Assembly (NCBI GenBank): GCA_026395655.1
Contig: JAPLYJ010000064.1
Location: 1-34,259, forward strand
DNA: 34,259 nucleotides
From: Candidatus Parcubacteria bacterium
GTDB taxonomy: Bacteria > Patescibacteriota > Minisyncoccia > UBA6257 > JAPLYJ01
Direction: 5' to 3'
In this document: in pieces, positions 26,358-32,528 of the stretch
Numbering within the stretch: position 1 is the stretch's first letter
Layout of the letters: each line of letters begins with the position of its first letter
The notes under the pieces: model-generated
The model's input: the letters and a program-made list of their open reading frames with translations, nothing else
Database searches by the model: none
Told to the model about the DNA's origin: nothing
Position numbers and translations under genes: made by a program

Positions 26358-29300
26358 ATGTCAGAACAAATTAATCTTTCAAAAGGGAAAGAAAAAAAGG
26401 AAACCATCTTAATACCTGAGCAACAAGTTATTAAAAATTATATTAATGAAGTTCTTGTAGCTGATAATAAATTAGATCTACCAGTAGTAATAATTTCTAG
26501 TCCCGAAGCCCAAGAAATAGTGAAGCAAAAGCTCATTACGTGTTTTAAAAACAATAATATTAATGATGCTATTAAAATTAATGATACATTTAAGCTACCA
26601 AAGGAAATAATCCAAGAAGCAGTTAAACAAGGAATTATTTATCATTTGAGAGGCCATTATATTTATAATGCTTTTGAAATTAGTAATGCATTTAATTTGC
26701 CACCAAAAATAGTCCAAGAAGTAACCAAACAAGCGCTCATTAACTATTTTGAATATGGATATATTGAGTCTGCTATCGAAATTACTGAGATATTTAATTT
26801 ACCTGATGAAATAATTTTTAGTCTTGAAGTGCAACAGGCAGCAGCACAACCATTTATTAGTAAATTTAAATATGGTTCTCTTGACGATGCTATTAAAATT
26901 AATGATACATTTAAGCTACCAAAGGAAATAATTCAAGAAACAGCTAAACAAGCGTTTATTGTATGGTTTTGCAACCATCGTATTGATGATGTTATTTATG
27001 ATATTAGCATAGCCCAATATGCATTTAATTTACCCAAAACAATAGCCCAAGATGCACCTAAACAAGGATATATTGAATGCCTTAAGAGTGGTTTAATTGA
27101 CGCTGCTATAGAAATCAAAGATATATGCAAATTATCTTTATCTAAAGAGATAATTTCTGATCCAGAAGTACAAAAAGGAATTGAAGAAGGATTTATTAAT
27201 TATCTTCATAATAATCAAATTGATATTGCTATTAAAATTAAAGATGAATTTAATCTACCAGACGAAATAGTCCAAAAAGCAGTAGAACAAGTAGTTATTA
27301 AACATTTGCGTGAGCATCAAGTTAATATTGCCATTAAAATCAAAGACAAGTTTAATTTATACATATCTCCACAAAAAATAATTGATCAGATCCCTAAGCT
27401 AGTTGATATCATTGAACAAATATCTCAATTGGCACCACCATTTAAGATGCAAACGGAGAAATCTAGCGAGTTGGTAATTGGATTGTGTCGTTTTATTAAT
27501 AAGCCAGATTATTTAATAAATCTATTAAAAGAAAAACTCTATTTGATTGATGCCATAATGAGTAACCCTCGTTTTGGTTCAAGACTTCTTTTGAAATATC
27601 CTGAATTTGACGAAATGTCTAAAGAAAATATAGAAAAACTTTTTTTAACTAAACAAAAAATATTAGAGCAAAATCCTGATATAGATCCGGAATCATTAGA
27701 ATTTCGTCAATTAATGCAGGAGGAATTAAAAACATTCAAAAACAATCCCGAAATAATGGAAGAAATCGAAAAGCAAGGAATTAATTTAGAAGAATGGCTT
27801 AATCATTCTGAAACTAGTTATTTTAACCTTTCTTCTAAGGGTAGCGAGATTAGTTTTTCAGAGAAAATCAGAACGCCAATAGATAGAATTAAAGAAACTA
27901 TTGATAGCTATGCCCATACCATTAAATCAGTTTTAAAAGAATATATACTAGAATTAAAAAAACATGAGATAGCTTTAGAAAATGATGAATCTGTTAAAGA
28001 GCAGATTACAAAAATGGAGGGTGCTTTAGAACAAGCCCAAGCAGAAGGCAATGATACAAAAATTAAAGGAATAGAAAGAGGTCTATTGACTCAAAGAGAA
28101 AGATTAAATAATCCTAAAAAGGGTATTCTTTGGGACAAACTCATGGGTGATATTGAAGCTTTCCAAGGTCTTAAAAATGATTGTTTTGATGCTCAAAAGA
28201 AATTAATAGAAGCAGAGGACAAATTAACAGGAGCTCTTGCAGGTAAAGCACCTTCTGGCAAAGGTGTTTTAGAGATAAAACAAAAAATTGCTCAAGCTAA
28301 AGAAGAATTAAGAAATAAGTTTAATGTTTTAGAAAGAAGAATTGAAAATTTTAAAATTAATTTACCCAAACTTTTATCACCGTGCCTTGGGCAAGAAAGA
28401 AGTGAAGCCTTGATTCAGGAAATAGACCAGGCAGTAGCTGAGCAATTTTATCATTTTGAATTAGATAGAACTGTTTTAGCAAATATGTTTTCTGAAAGAA
28501 ACGACAAGGAAACAGAGCAATTAGAGTCCAGACCAATGAGTATTTTTGTTTGGGCGAGAAATCCTGACATTGATCTTTATCAAGGTGATTATTCACCCTG
28601 TTGCATTTGCATAGATAGTTATGATGCTACAGAATCAACAATAGCAGATTATAATACAGATCTTGGCATTCAAATCGTTAATATTTGGGATGAAGCAAAA
28701 AACGAACCAGTTACTGCTGCCTGGTGTTGGTTGGGTCAAAACGAAAATGGAGAAAAGGCATTAGTGATAGATAACATTGAATCCAATGTACTTTTTAGTA
28801 CTAATTTTTCAGAACAATTATCTAAAGAATTATTAGATTATATTATAAATTACGCTAAAAAAATTGGAGTTGATAAAGTAATTCTAGGAGTAGACTATAG
28901 TGACCTACCTAGTGCTTCTAAGTTATTAGAATTAAAATGGGATAATAATGAATATGAAAAAATTGGTGGAAGCAATAGAGAATATGGGTATTATTTAGAG
29001 TCGGAAGGAGATATTATCAAGCTTATTTGGGACAGGAAAGAAGACGAAACAATAAAACAACCAAAAGAAGCAAGAAAACAAAAAGAAACTATTAAATTTG
29101 AAAACATATCTGTTACTAATTTGACTGAAGAAAATTTTGATGAGATTAGACAATTAGAAGCTAAAATTTATCAAGATACTGGATTAGCCCAAGGTTCAGG
29201 ATTAATAGAAAATATAAAATCTGATAATGGCTTAGAATACTCATTAATAATTAGAGGTAAACAACCAGATCAAGAAGAAAAAATTATTGGATATATCGTA

Positions 29301-29621
29301 GCCGTAGATGACGAAACCGATGAAGGTGATCCCTGCATATATTTAGAAGATATTGCAGTGTTAGATGAAGCCCAGGGTCAAGGATTGGGTTGGGAGATGC
29401 TTAAAGAATTAGTTAATAAGTTAAAAATTAAAGCACAAAAAAACAAAAAACCAATATTGCTAGATATGCATTTAAGAAAAAATTCCCAGGGATTATTACA
29501 AAAACACAAAGAAGATTTAGAAGAGATGGGGGTAAGATTAACAGAAGAAGCATTAGAACCTAATTATTATGATACAAATGAAGATGCGTTGTATCAGATT
29601 TATCAAATTCAAATAGATTAA
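26358..29621 (+). CDS. Large multidomain protein (1087 aa): N-terminal array of about 34-aa helical repeats, a coiled-coil-like middle, a Cys/Trp-rich domain and a C-terminal GNAT N-acetyltransferase
   Basis: Repeats F(N/K)LPxEIxQxAxKQxxIxxL...I(D/N)xAIxIxD x about 8. GNAT motif A IYLEDIAVLDEAQGQGLGWEMLKELV at roughly aa 995-1020. Confidence 0.8.
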   Translation: MSEQINLSKGKEKKETILIPEQQVIKNYINEVLVADNKLDLPVVIISSPEAQEIVKQKLITCFKNNNINDAIKINDTFKLPKEIIQEAVKQGIIYHLRGHYIYNAFEISNAFNLPPKIVQEVTKQALINYFEYGYIESAIEITEIFNLPDEIIFSLEVQQAAAQPFISKFKYGSLDDAIKINDTFKLPKEIIQETAKQAFIVWFCNHRIDDVIYDISIAQYAFNLPKTIAQDAPKQGYIECLKSGLIDAAIEIKDICKLSLSKEIISDPEVQKGIEEGFINYLHNNQIDIAIKIKDEFNLPDEIVQKAVEQVVIKHLREHQVNIAIKIKDKFNLYISPQKIIDQIPKLVDIIEQISQLAPPFKMQTEKSSELVIGLCRFINKPDYLINLLKEKLYLIDAIMSNPRFGSRLLLKYPEFDEMSKENIEKLFLTKQKILEQNPDIDPESLEFRQLMQEELKTFKNNPEIMEEIEKQGINLEEWLNHSETSYFNLSSKGSEISFSEKIRTPIDRIKETIDSYAHTIKSVLKEYILELKKHEIALENDESVKEQITKMEGALEQAQAEGNDTKIKGIERGLLTQRERLNNPKKGILWDKLMGDIEAFQGLKNDCFDAQKKLIEAEDKLTGALAGKAPSGKGVLEIKQKIAQAKEELRNKFNVLERRIENFKINLPKLLSPCLGQERSEALIQEIDQAVAEQFYHFELDRTVLANMFSERNDKETEQLESRPMSIFVWARNPDIDLYQGDYSPCCICIDSYDATESTIADYNTDLGIQIVNIWDEAKNEPVTAAWCWLGQNENGEKALVIDNIESNVLFSTNFSEQLSKELLDYIINYAKKIGVDKVILGVDYSDLPSASKLLELKWDNNEYEKIGGSNREYGYYLESEGDIIKLIWDRKEDETIKQPKEARKQKETIKFENISVTNLTEENFDEIRQLEAKIYQDTGLAQGSGLIENIKSDNGLEYSLIIRGKQPDQEEKIIGYIVAVDDETDEGDPCIYLEDIAVLDEAQGQGLGWEMLKELVNKLKIKAQKNKKPILLDMHLRKNSQGLLQKHKEDLEEMGVRLTEEALEPNYYDTNEDALYQIYQIQID
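26466..27390 (+). repeat. Intragenic array of about 8 degenerate 34-codon repeats. Two segments 321 nt apart are nearly identical at the DNA level.
   Basis: gatgctattaaaattaatgatacatttaagctaccaaaggaaataat is identical at 26565-26611 and 26886-26932 (both encode DAIKINDTFKLPKEII). Confidence 0.85.
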
Positions 29622-29637
29622 GATGTTTTACCACCTA

Positions 29638-29666
29638 TTGACAAATCTTTAAGAATATGCATAATA
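29638..29666 (+). promoter_or_regulatory. Consensus sigma70-type promoter P1, 17 nt after the stop of the 1087-aa gene
   Basis: TTGACA (29638-29643), 17 nt, ATAATA (29661-29666). Confidence 0.6.
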
Positions 29667-29671
29667 ACAAA

Positions 29672-29976
29672 TAGAACATTGAGATTAGTTTTTTAAAAAT
29701 GCTTTGGATGATTGCTGACTGTTATTTAGCTACTTAGAGATAGGTGATTAAATAACAGCCAGCAACATCGGCTGACACCTCGCCCTAGGTGGAAAGGCAC
29801 CCCTAGGAACGAAAGGAGACGCCTCCGTATGGTTCCATACCCTGCAGGTGTTCCCCCTTAGCATTTTTTTAAGGCGACGACACCGCCTTATTCATCCCCG
29901 CCCAGTCTGGTGTCGAGACTAGGGCTTATAGAAAAAAATTTGGTAAGTCTCAGCCGAAATATGACTGAGACTTACC
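29672..29976 (+). ncRNA. Candidate structured RNA A1 (about 300 nt), unknown class
   Basis: No long ORF. Contains a 17-bp AT-rich hairpin (29712-29765), a CCTAGG hairpin, a 10-codon mini-ORF (29829-29861), an AAGGCG/CGCCTT hairpin (29871-29889), a hairpin with a GGUGUCG loop (29901-29924) and a terminal 12-bp hairpin (29942-29976). Confidence 0.45.
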
Positions 29977-29981
29977 ACCAT

Positions 29982-30010
29982 TTGACAAATTCTGATAGAT
30001 ATGCTATACT
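29982..30010 (+). promoter_or_regulatory. Consensus sigma70-type promoter P2
   Basis: TTGACA (29982-29987), 17 nt, TATACT (30005-30010). Confidence 0.6.
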
Positions 30011-30015
30011 AAGTG

Positions 30016-30206
30016 AGTAATTGAATAGAGTTAGGTTTTTAAGCTAGTTTGTCCCCAAAGCTTCCAGAACTTTACAATTTAAAAAGTATACATTAAGGAG
30101 AGGCCGCCCGAGCTGGGGCGGTAATACAAATCAGCTAAAACGGCTAAGCGAAGTATCTTTAGGTTAATTTTTAATCTTCTCCGGATATTTCGCTTAGCCG
30201 TTTTTT
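30016..30206 (+). ncRNA. Candidate small RNA B (about 190 nt) ending in a long intrinsic terminator
   Basis: No ORF after its AAGGAGAGG motif. Contains a CCGCCC gagct GGGCGG hairpin. The terminator CGGCTAAGCGAA...TTCGCTTAGCCG (30141-30200, extendable to about 18 bp) is followed by TTTTTT. Confidence 0.45.
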
Positions 30207-30752
30207 AAACGGTTAACAGCACCTTAACATATTGTTCAAAATCATCTGCCATTCACTTTTTAAGGAGAGAGTGGCTACCTTAATAGGTAGTAACAGGAGA
30301 GAGTCCAAGGAGAGAGAATGGATTATAGATAATTTTGAATGAAGCCCAAACCAAATTAGCGAGTTAGAGAATTAAATTAAAAGGGCAAAAATATTTAATT
30401 CTTCAAATACCAAATATTGGTTAAAAAATAAACTCGCTGCTCCTAATTTAGCGGTAAAACTGCGGTTAGGACTGCTGCAATTAAGATTAACCCCCTTAAT
30501 TGGTCAGCAGGCCTTAGATTTGCTTGATACAAATTAAGAAAATTTAAGGCCTGCTAATTCTCAGCAGGAGAAAGGTGGTGGTGCCGATGATCGCATCGGG
30601 CATCCCGCCGTAACAAATCAAGGACGGCACCGTCCTCTCTATCCGAGAAGGGTTGACACATCAGTCTTGGTGCCGAGATTGATGGAAAAACGGTTTATGG
30701 GGTAAGTTTACCGAGACTTCGAGAGAAATAAACTCTCGGCTAAACTTACCCC
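30207..30752 (+). ncRNA. Hairpin-dense non-coding stretch including RNA A2, the 3'-module paralogue of A1
   Basis: Three AGGAGAGAG copies (30263-30316). A multibranch unit closed by GCGAGTT/AACTCGC. A perfect 10-bp GCAGGCCTTA/TAAGGCCTGC stem. A mini-ORF at 30587-30613. An AGGACG/CGTCCT hairpin (30621-30636). A GGUGCCG-loop hairpin (30659-30684). A terminal hairpin at 30699-30752. Confidence 0.4.
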
Positions 30753-30843
30753 CTCACATTCAGATTATAAATTAAAAATAATTTGTAATTTGAAACATGA
30801 GGATAGAGTTCTTTTAAAAATAAAAAATCGCTTCTAGCTATTT

Positions 30844-30892
30844 CTGGCTGCTGTTTAGGTATTTAATATTTAGATATTTGAATAGCAGTCAG
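30844..30892 (+). promoter_or_regulatory. Conserved 14-bp leader hairpin (copy 1)
   Basis: CTGGCTGCTGTTTA ...21 nt... TGAATAGCAGTCAG with three G-U pairs. The paralogue at 31800-31848 differs only on the 3' arm, and pairing is kept. Confidence 0.6.
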
Positions 30893-30947
30893 AACGACCC
30901 TCAGAAGTCCTGACCGTAGTATAGCAGGCCGAGGAAGAAGGAGAAAC

Positions 30948-31217
30948 ATGCAATGCACGAAGGAGTGGAAAACCCAGGATGTTATTACACGCGGGGAACG
31001 CGTAACCTGGTGGGAGGCAAACCACTACCGGGTAATTGTCCCGGTATTCGAAAGTAGCAATGAGGAATTTGAGTTTCTCATTGCCCACAAGCTAGAACAT
31101 GCGGACCAGTACGGTGATTCTTCCGGAGATTCTTCCTTCTCAGATTTCTTTTGGGACAGGATAGAGAGCTTAGCAGAGACACTCGGGGTGCCTGCCCCGC
31201 AAAGGTCGTCTCGCTAA
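30948..31217 (+). CDS. Possible small protein (89 aa) in module copy 1. Coding status uncertain because the segment is hairpin-rich.
   Basis: SD gaAGGAGaaacATG. Protein-like sequence with a GDSSGDSS tandem repeat. It also contains perfect inverted repeats (31026-31046, 31057-31084, 31184-31199). Confidence 0.35.
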   Translation: MQCTKEWKTQDVITRGERVTWWEANHYRVIVPVFESSNEEFEFLIAHKLEHADQYGDSSGDSSFSDFFWDRIESLAETLGVPAPQRSSR

Positions 31218-31268
31218 GTCTACGGAATAATAGTTGGAGAGGTGTCCCGAATCCTCTAAAAAATCGGG

Positions 31269-31294
31269 GGCAGAGCGATGCCGATCGCTCTGCC
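31269..31294 (+). promoter_or_regulatory. Conserved GC-rich hairpin downstream of the module ORF (copy 1)
   Basis: GGCAGAGCGAT gccg ATCGCTCTGCC. The paralogue at 32112-32135 (AGCAGAGCGA tgcg TCGTTCTGCT) carries a G-C to A-T compensatory pair. Confidence 0.6.
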
Positions 31295-31327
31295 AAATGG
31301 CCCTTCGGGGTTTATTCGGGAGGTTCT

Positions 31328-31363
31328 GGAAAGTTTCCTCGGTAAAAACTTTCCAATCTTTTT
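31328..31363 (+). terminator. Rho-independent terminator (module copy 1, first unit)
   Basis: GGAAAGTTT cctcggtaa AAACTTTCC then AATCTTTTT. Confidence 0.7.
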
Positions 31364-31441
31364 CAGCTCATAAACAAAATTTGTGGTCTGAAAGAGGAGA
31401 AATATTAGTTCTTTACAATTTTTAATATTTCCTTATTCTAA

Positions 31442-31496
31442 TTTTGTGTTGCTAATTTAGTAATTTATTTTAGATTATTAAATCGGCAACACAAAA
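31442..31496 (+). promoter_or_regulatory. Conserved leader hairpin immediately upstream of the SD of the small TM ORF (copy 1)
   Basis: TTTTGTGTTGC ...33 nt... GCAACACAAAA. Paralogue at 32267-32321. Confidence 0.6.
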
Positions 31497-31517
31497 AAGA
31501 AAGGAGAAAAGAGAAAA

Positions 31518-31667
31518 ATGAGTCCAGAAGATACGGGACCTTTTTGGGGCCCACTGGTTATCTACGGTCCCTTGTTGTTGGGGCTCGCAATTGTAGCGGT
31601 TATATCCCGTTACAATGAATGGAAAAAGGAGATCACTAATCTCCTAGAAAGGAGAAAAAGAAAATAA
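31518..31667 (+). CDS. Small membrane peptide (49 aa): one TM helix plus a basic tail
   Basis: SD aAAGGAGaaaagagaaaaATG. Sequence MSPEDTGPFWGPLVIYGPLLLGLAIVAVISRYNEWKKEITNLLERRKRK. Below the ORF-track size cut-off. Confidence 0.5.
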   Translation: MSPEDTGPFWGPLVIYGPLLLGLAIVAVISRYNEWKKEITNLLERRKRK

Positions 31668-31679
31668 GAAAAGGCGGAC

Positions 31680-31716
31680 GGCAGGTTCCGCTAAGGGTTA
31701 TAACCTGCCTCTTTTT
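31680..31716 (+). terminator. Rho-independent terminator (end of module copy 1)
   Basis: GGCAGGTT ...14 nt... AACCTGCC then TCTTTTT. Confidence 0.75.
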
Positions 31717-31799
31717 CAGATTATAAATTAAAAAAAATTTGTAATTTGAAACATGAGGTTAGAGTTCTTTTAAAAATTAAAAAACGCTTCTAGTTATTT

Positions 31800-31848
31800 C
31801 TGGCTGCTGTTTAGATATTTAATATTTAGATATTTAAATAGCGGCCAG
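31800..31848 (+). promoter_or_regulatory. Conserved 14-bp leader hairpin (copy 2)
   Basis: CTGGCTGCTGTTTA ...21 nt... TAAATAGCGGCCAG. Confidence 0.6.
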
Positions 31849-31898
31849 GAATTGGTCGACTAATTCTTACCTAAGAAGGTAAGAGAAAGGAGTATGGG

Positions 31899-32090
31899 AT
31901 GGGGATCCCAGTTGGTTATACAAAACACCTAATACTGTGTTTTGTGGAACAGGCGCAGGATCAGGCGCCTGTCACGGGCACAGGCGACTCCACGTGGTAT
32001 GTGGAGTCGCTATGTAATATCATCCGCCGTTTATTGGCGGATGAGCCAGATGAGCCATTCCTAGCAGTAGTTAATCAAGGGGTGCCCTAA
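31899..32090 (+). CDS. Possible small protein (63 aa). More likely a multi-hairpin RNA, or dual-use.
   Basis: SD aAAGGAGtatgggATG, but 31865-32043 consists of six consecutive perfect hairpins. The start codon sits inside one of them. Confidence 0.25.
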   Translation: MGIPVGYTKHLILCFVEQAQDQAPVTGTGDSTWYVESLCNIIRRLLADEPDEPFLAVVNQGVP

Positions 32091-32111
32091 ATCCTCTTTA
32101 AAAAAAATCGG

Positions 32112-32135
32112 AGCAGAGCGATGCGTCGTTCTGCT
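32112..32135 (+). promoter_or_regulatory. Conserved GC-rich hairpin downstream of the module ORF (copy 2)
   Basis: AGCAGAGCGA tgcg TCGTTCTGCT, homologous to 31269-31294. Confidence 0.55.
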
Positions 32136-32163
32136 AGGTTGTGCCCTGCGGGGTATAGATTCG

Positions 32164-32203
32164 CAGGGAGGCGTGTTGGTTACACGAACTCCCTGTTCTT
32201 TTT
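32164..32203 (+). terminator. Rho-independent terminator (module copy 2, first unit)
   Basis: CAGGGAG ...18 nt with inner GTGT/ACAC... CTCCCTG then TTCTTTTT. Same position as 31328-31363 but a different sequence. Confidence 0.7.
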
Positions 32204-32266
32204 CAGCTCATAAACAGAATTTGTGATCTGAAAGAGGAGAAAGTATTAGTTTTTTTCTTTTTCTAA

Positions 32267-32321
32267 TTTTGTGTTGCTAATTTAGTAATTTACTTTAGAT
32301 TATTAAATCGACAACACAAAA
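32267..32321 (+). promoter_or_regulatory. Conserved leader hairpin upstream of the small TM ORF (copy 2)
   Basis: TTTTGTGTTG ... CAACACAAAA. Confidence 0.55.
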
Positions 32322-32338
32322 AAAGAGGAGGCATTAAA

Positions 32339-32482
32339 ATGACCATCGAACAATTAGCACGGCTCCTACTTTTAGTAGGAGTGATCATGATTGCAGCTTA
32401 GATCATGGCTGCAATCACCTGGAAGAAGTATTCCAGGTGGTGGATCTGGAAGTATAAAATAGAAAGGAGGGAAAAAAGATAA
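32339..32482 (+). pseudogene. Paralogue of the small TM peptide interrupted by an in-frame TAG (32399-32401)
   Basis: SD agAGGAGGcattaaaATG. Sequence MTIEQLARLLLLVGVIMIAA*IMAAITWKKYSRWWIWKYKIERREKR. It shares TM + WKK + ERR(K/E)KR architecture with 31518-31667. The TAG lies in the loop of a perfect 10-bp hairpin, TGATTGCAGC/GCTGCAATCA. Confidence 0.35.
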
Positions 32483-32528
32483 AAAAAGCGGATGGCAGGT
32501 TTCGCTAACGGTTATACCCTACCTCTTT

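Larger units (their letters stand above)
30759..31714 (+). repeat. Module copy 1 of a tandemly duplicated composite unit (box, leader hairpin, SD-ORF, conserved hairpin, terminator, box, leader hairpin, SD-small TM ORF, terminator)
   Basis: 30759-30893 is near-identical to 31715-31849. 31355-31517 is closely similar to 32195-32338. The central parts are diverged. Confidence 0.85.
31715..32528 (+). repeat. Module copy 2 of the tandem composite unit
   Basis: Same order of elements as 30759-31714, but 142 nt shorter because the central ORF-like part differs. Confidence 0.85.

Noticed and set aside
30318-30332. Four-codon ORF MDYR* directly after the third AGGAGAGAG
   Set aside because: It is too short to evaluate and has no paralogue in the other RNA units. 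I recorded it only as context for the SD-motif cluster.
29942-30752. Terminal long hairpins of RNAs A1 (29942-29976) and A2 (30699-30752) as canonical + strand intrinsic terminators
   Set aside because: Neither is followed by a U-tract on the + strand (ACCATTTG and CTCACATT). The A-run lies upstream instead. I describe them only as stable 3' hairpins, so termination or processing there is unproven.
30870-31425. Four mutually overlapping ORFs in the G+C-richer module: 30870-31088(-), 31078-31296(-), 31151-31345(+) and 31234-31425(+)
   Set aside because: They overlap each other, the SD-preceded 30948-31217 ORF, and the conserved hairpins and terminator. They have no SD and run through terminator stems. 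Open frames are expected by chance in less AT-rich sequence.
29908-32088. Recurrent GGTG(C/T)C hexamer (29908, 30579, 30668, 31187, 31241, 32082), which yields the peptide motif G-V-P at several ORF ends, as a protein-level signal shared with the SGMP motif
   Set aside because: Six hits against roughly two expected is only a mild enrichment. The occurrences fall in different frames and partly in hairpin loops. Only the two G-[VI]-P-P-stop mini-ORFs show a codon-like substitution pattern, so the broader GVP idea is not supported.
32399-32401. In-frame TAG in the small TM ORF as evidence of stop-codon reassignment, and more generally an alternative genetic code (UGA=Gly/Trp) for this CPR-like contig
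   Set aside because: TAG terminates well-supported genes here (ends at 5992 and 14398). TGA terminates uvrA, uvrC and hydA at positions matching family lengths. All conserved genes are intact under code 11 except for the two duplication frameshifts.
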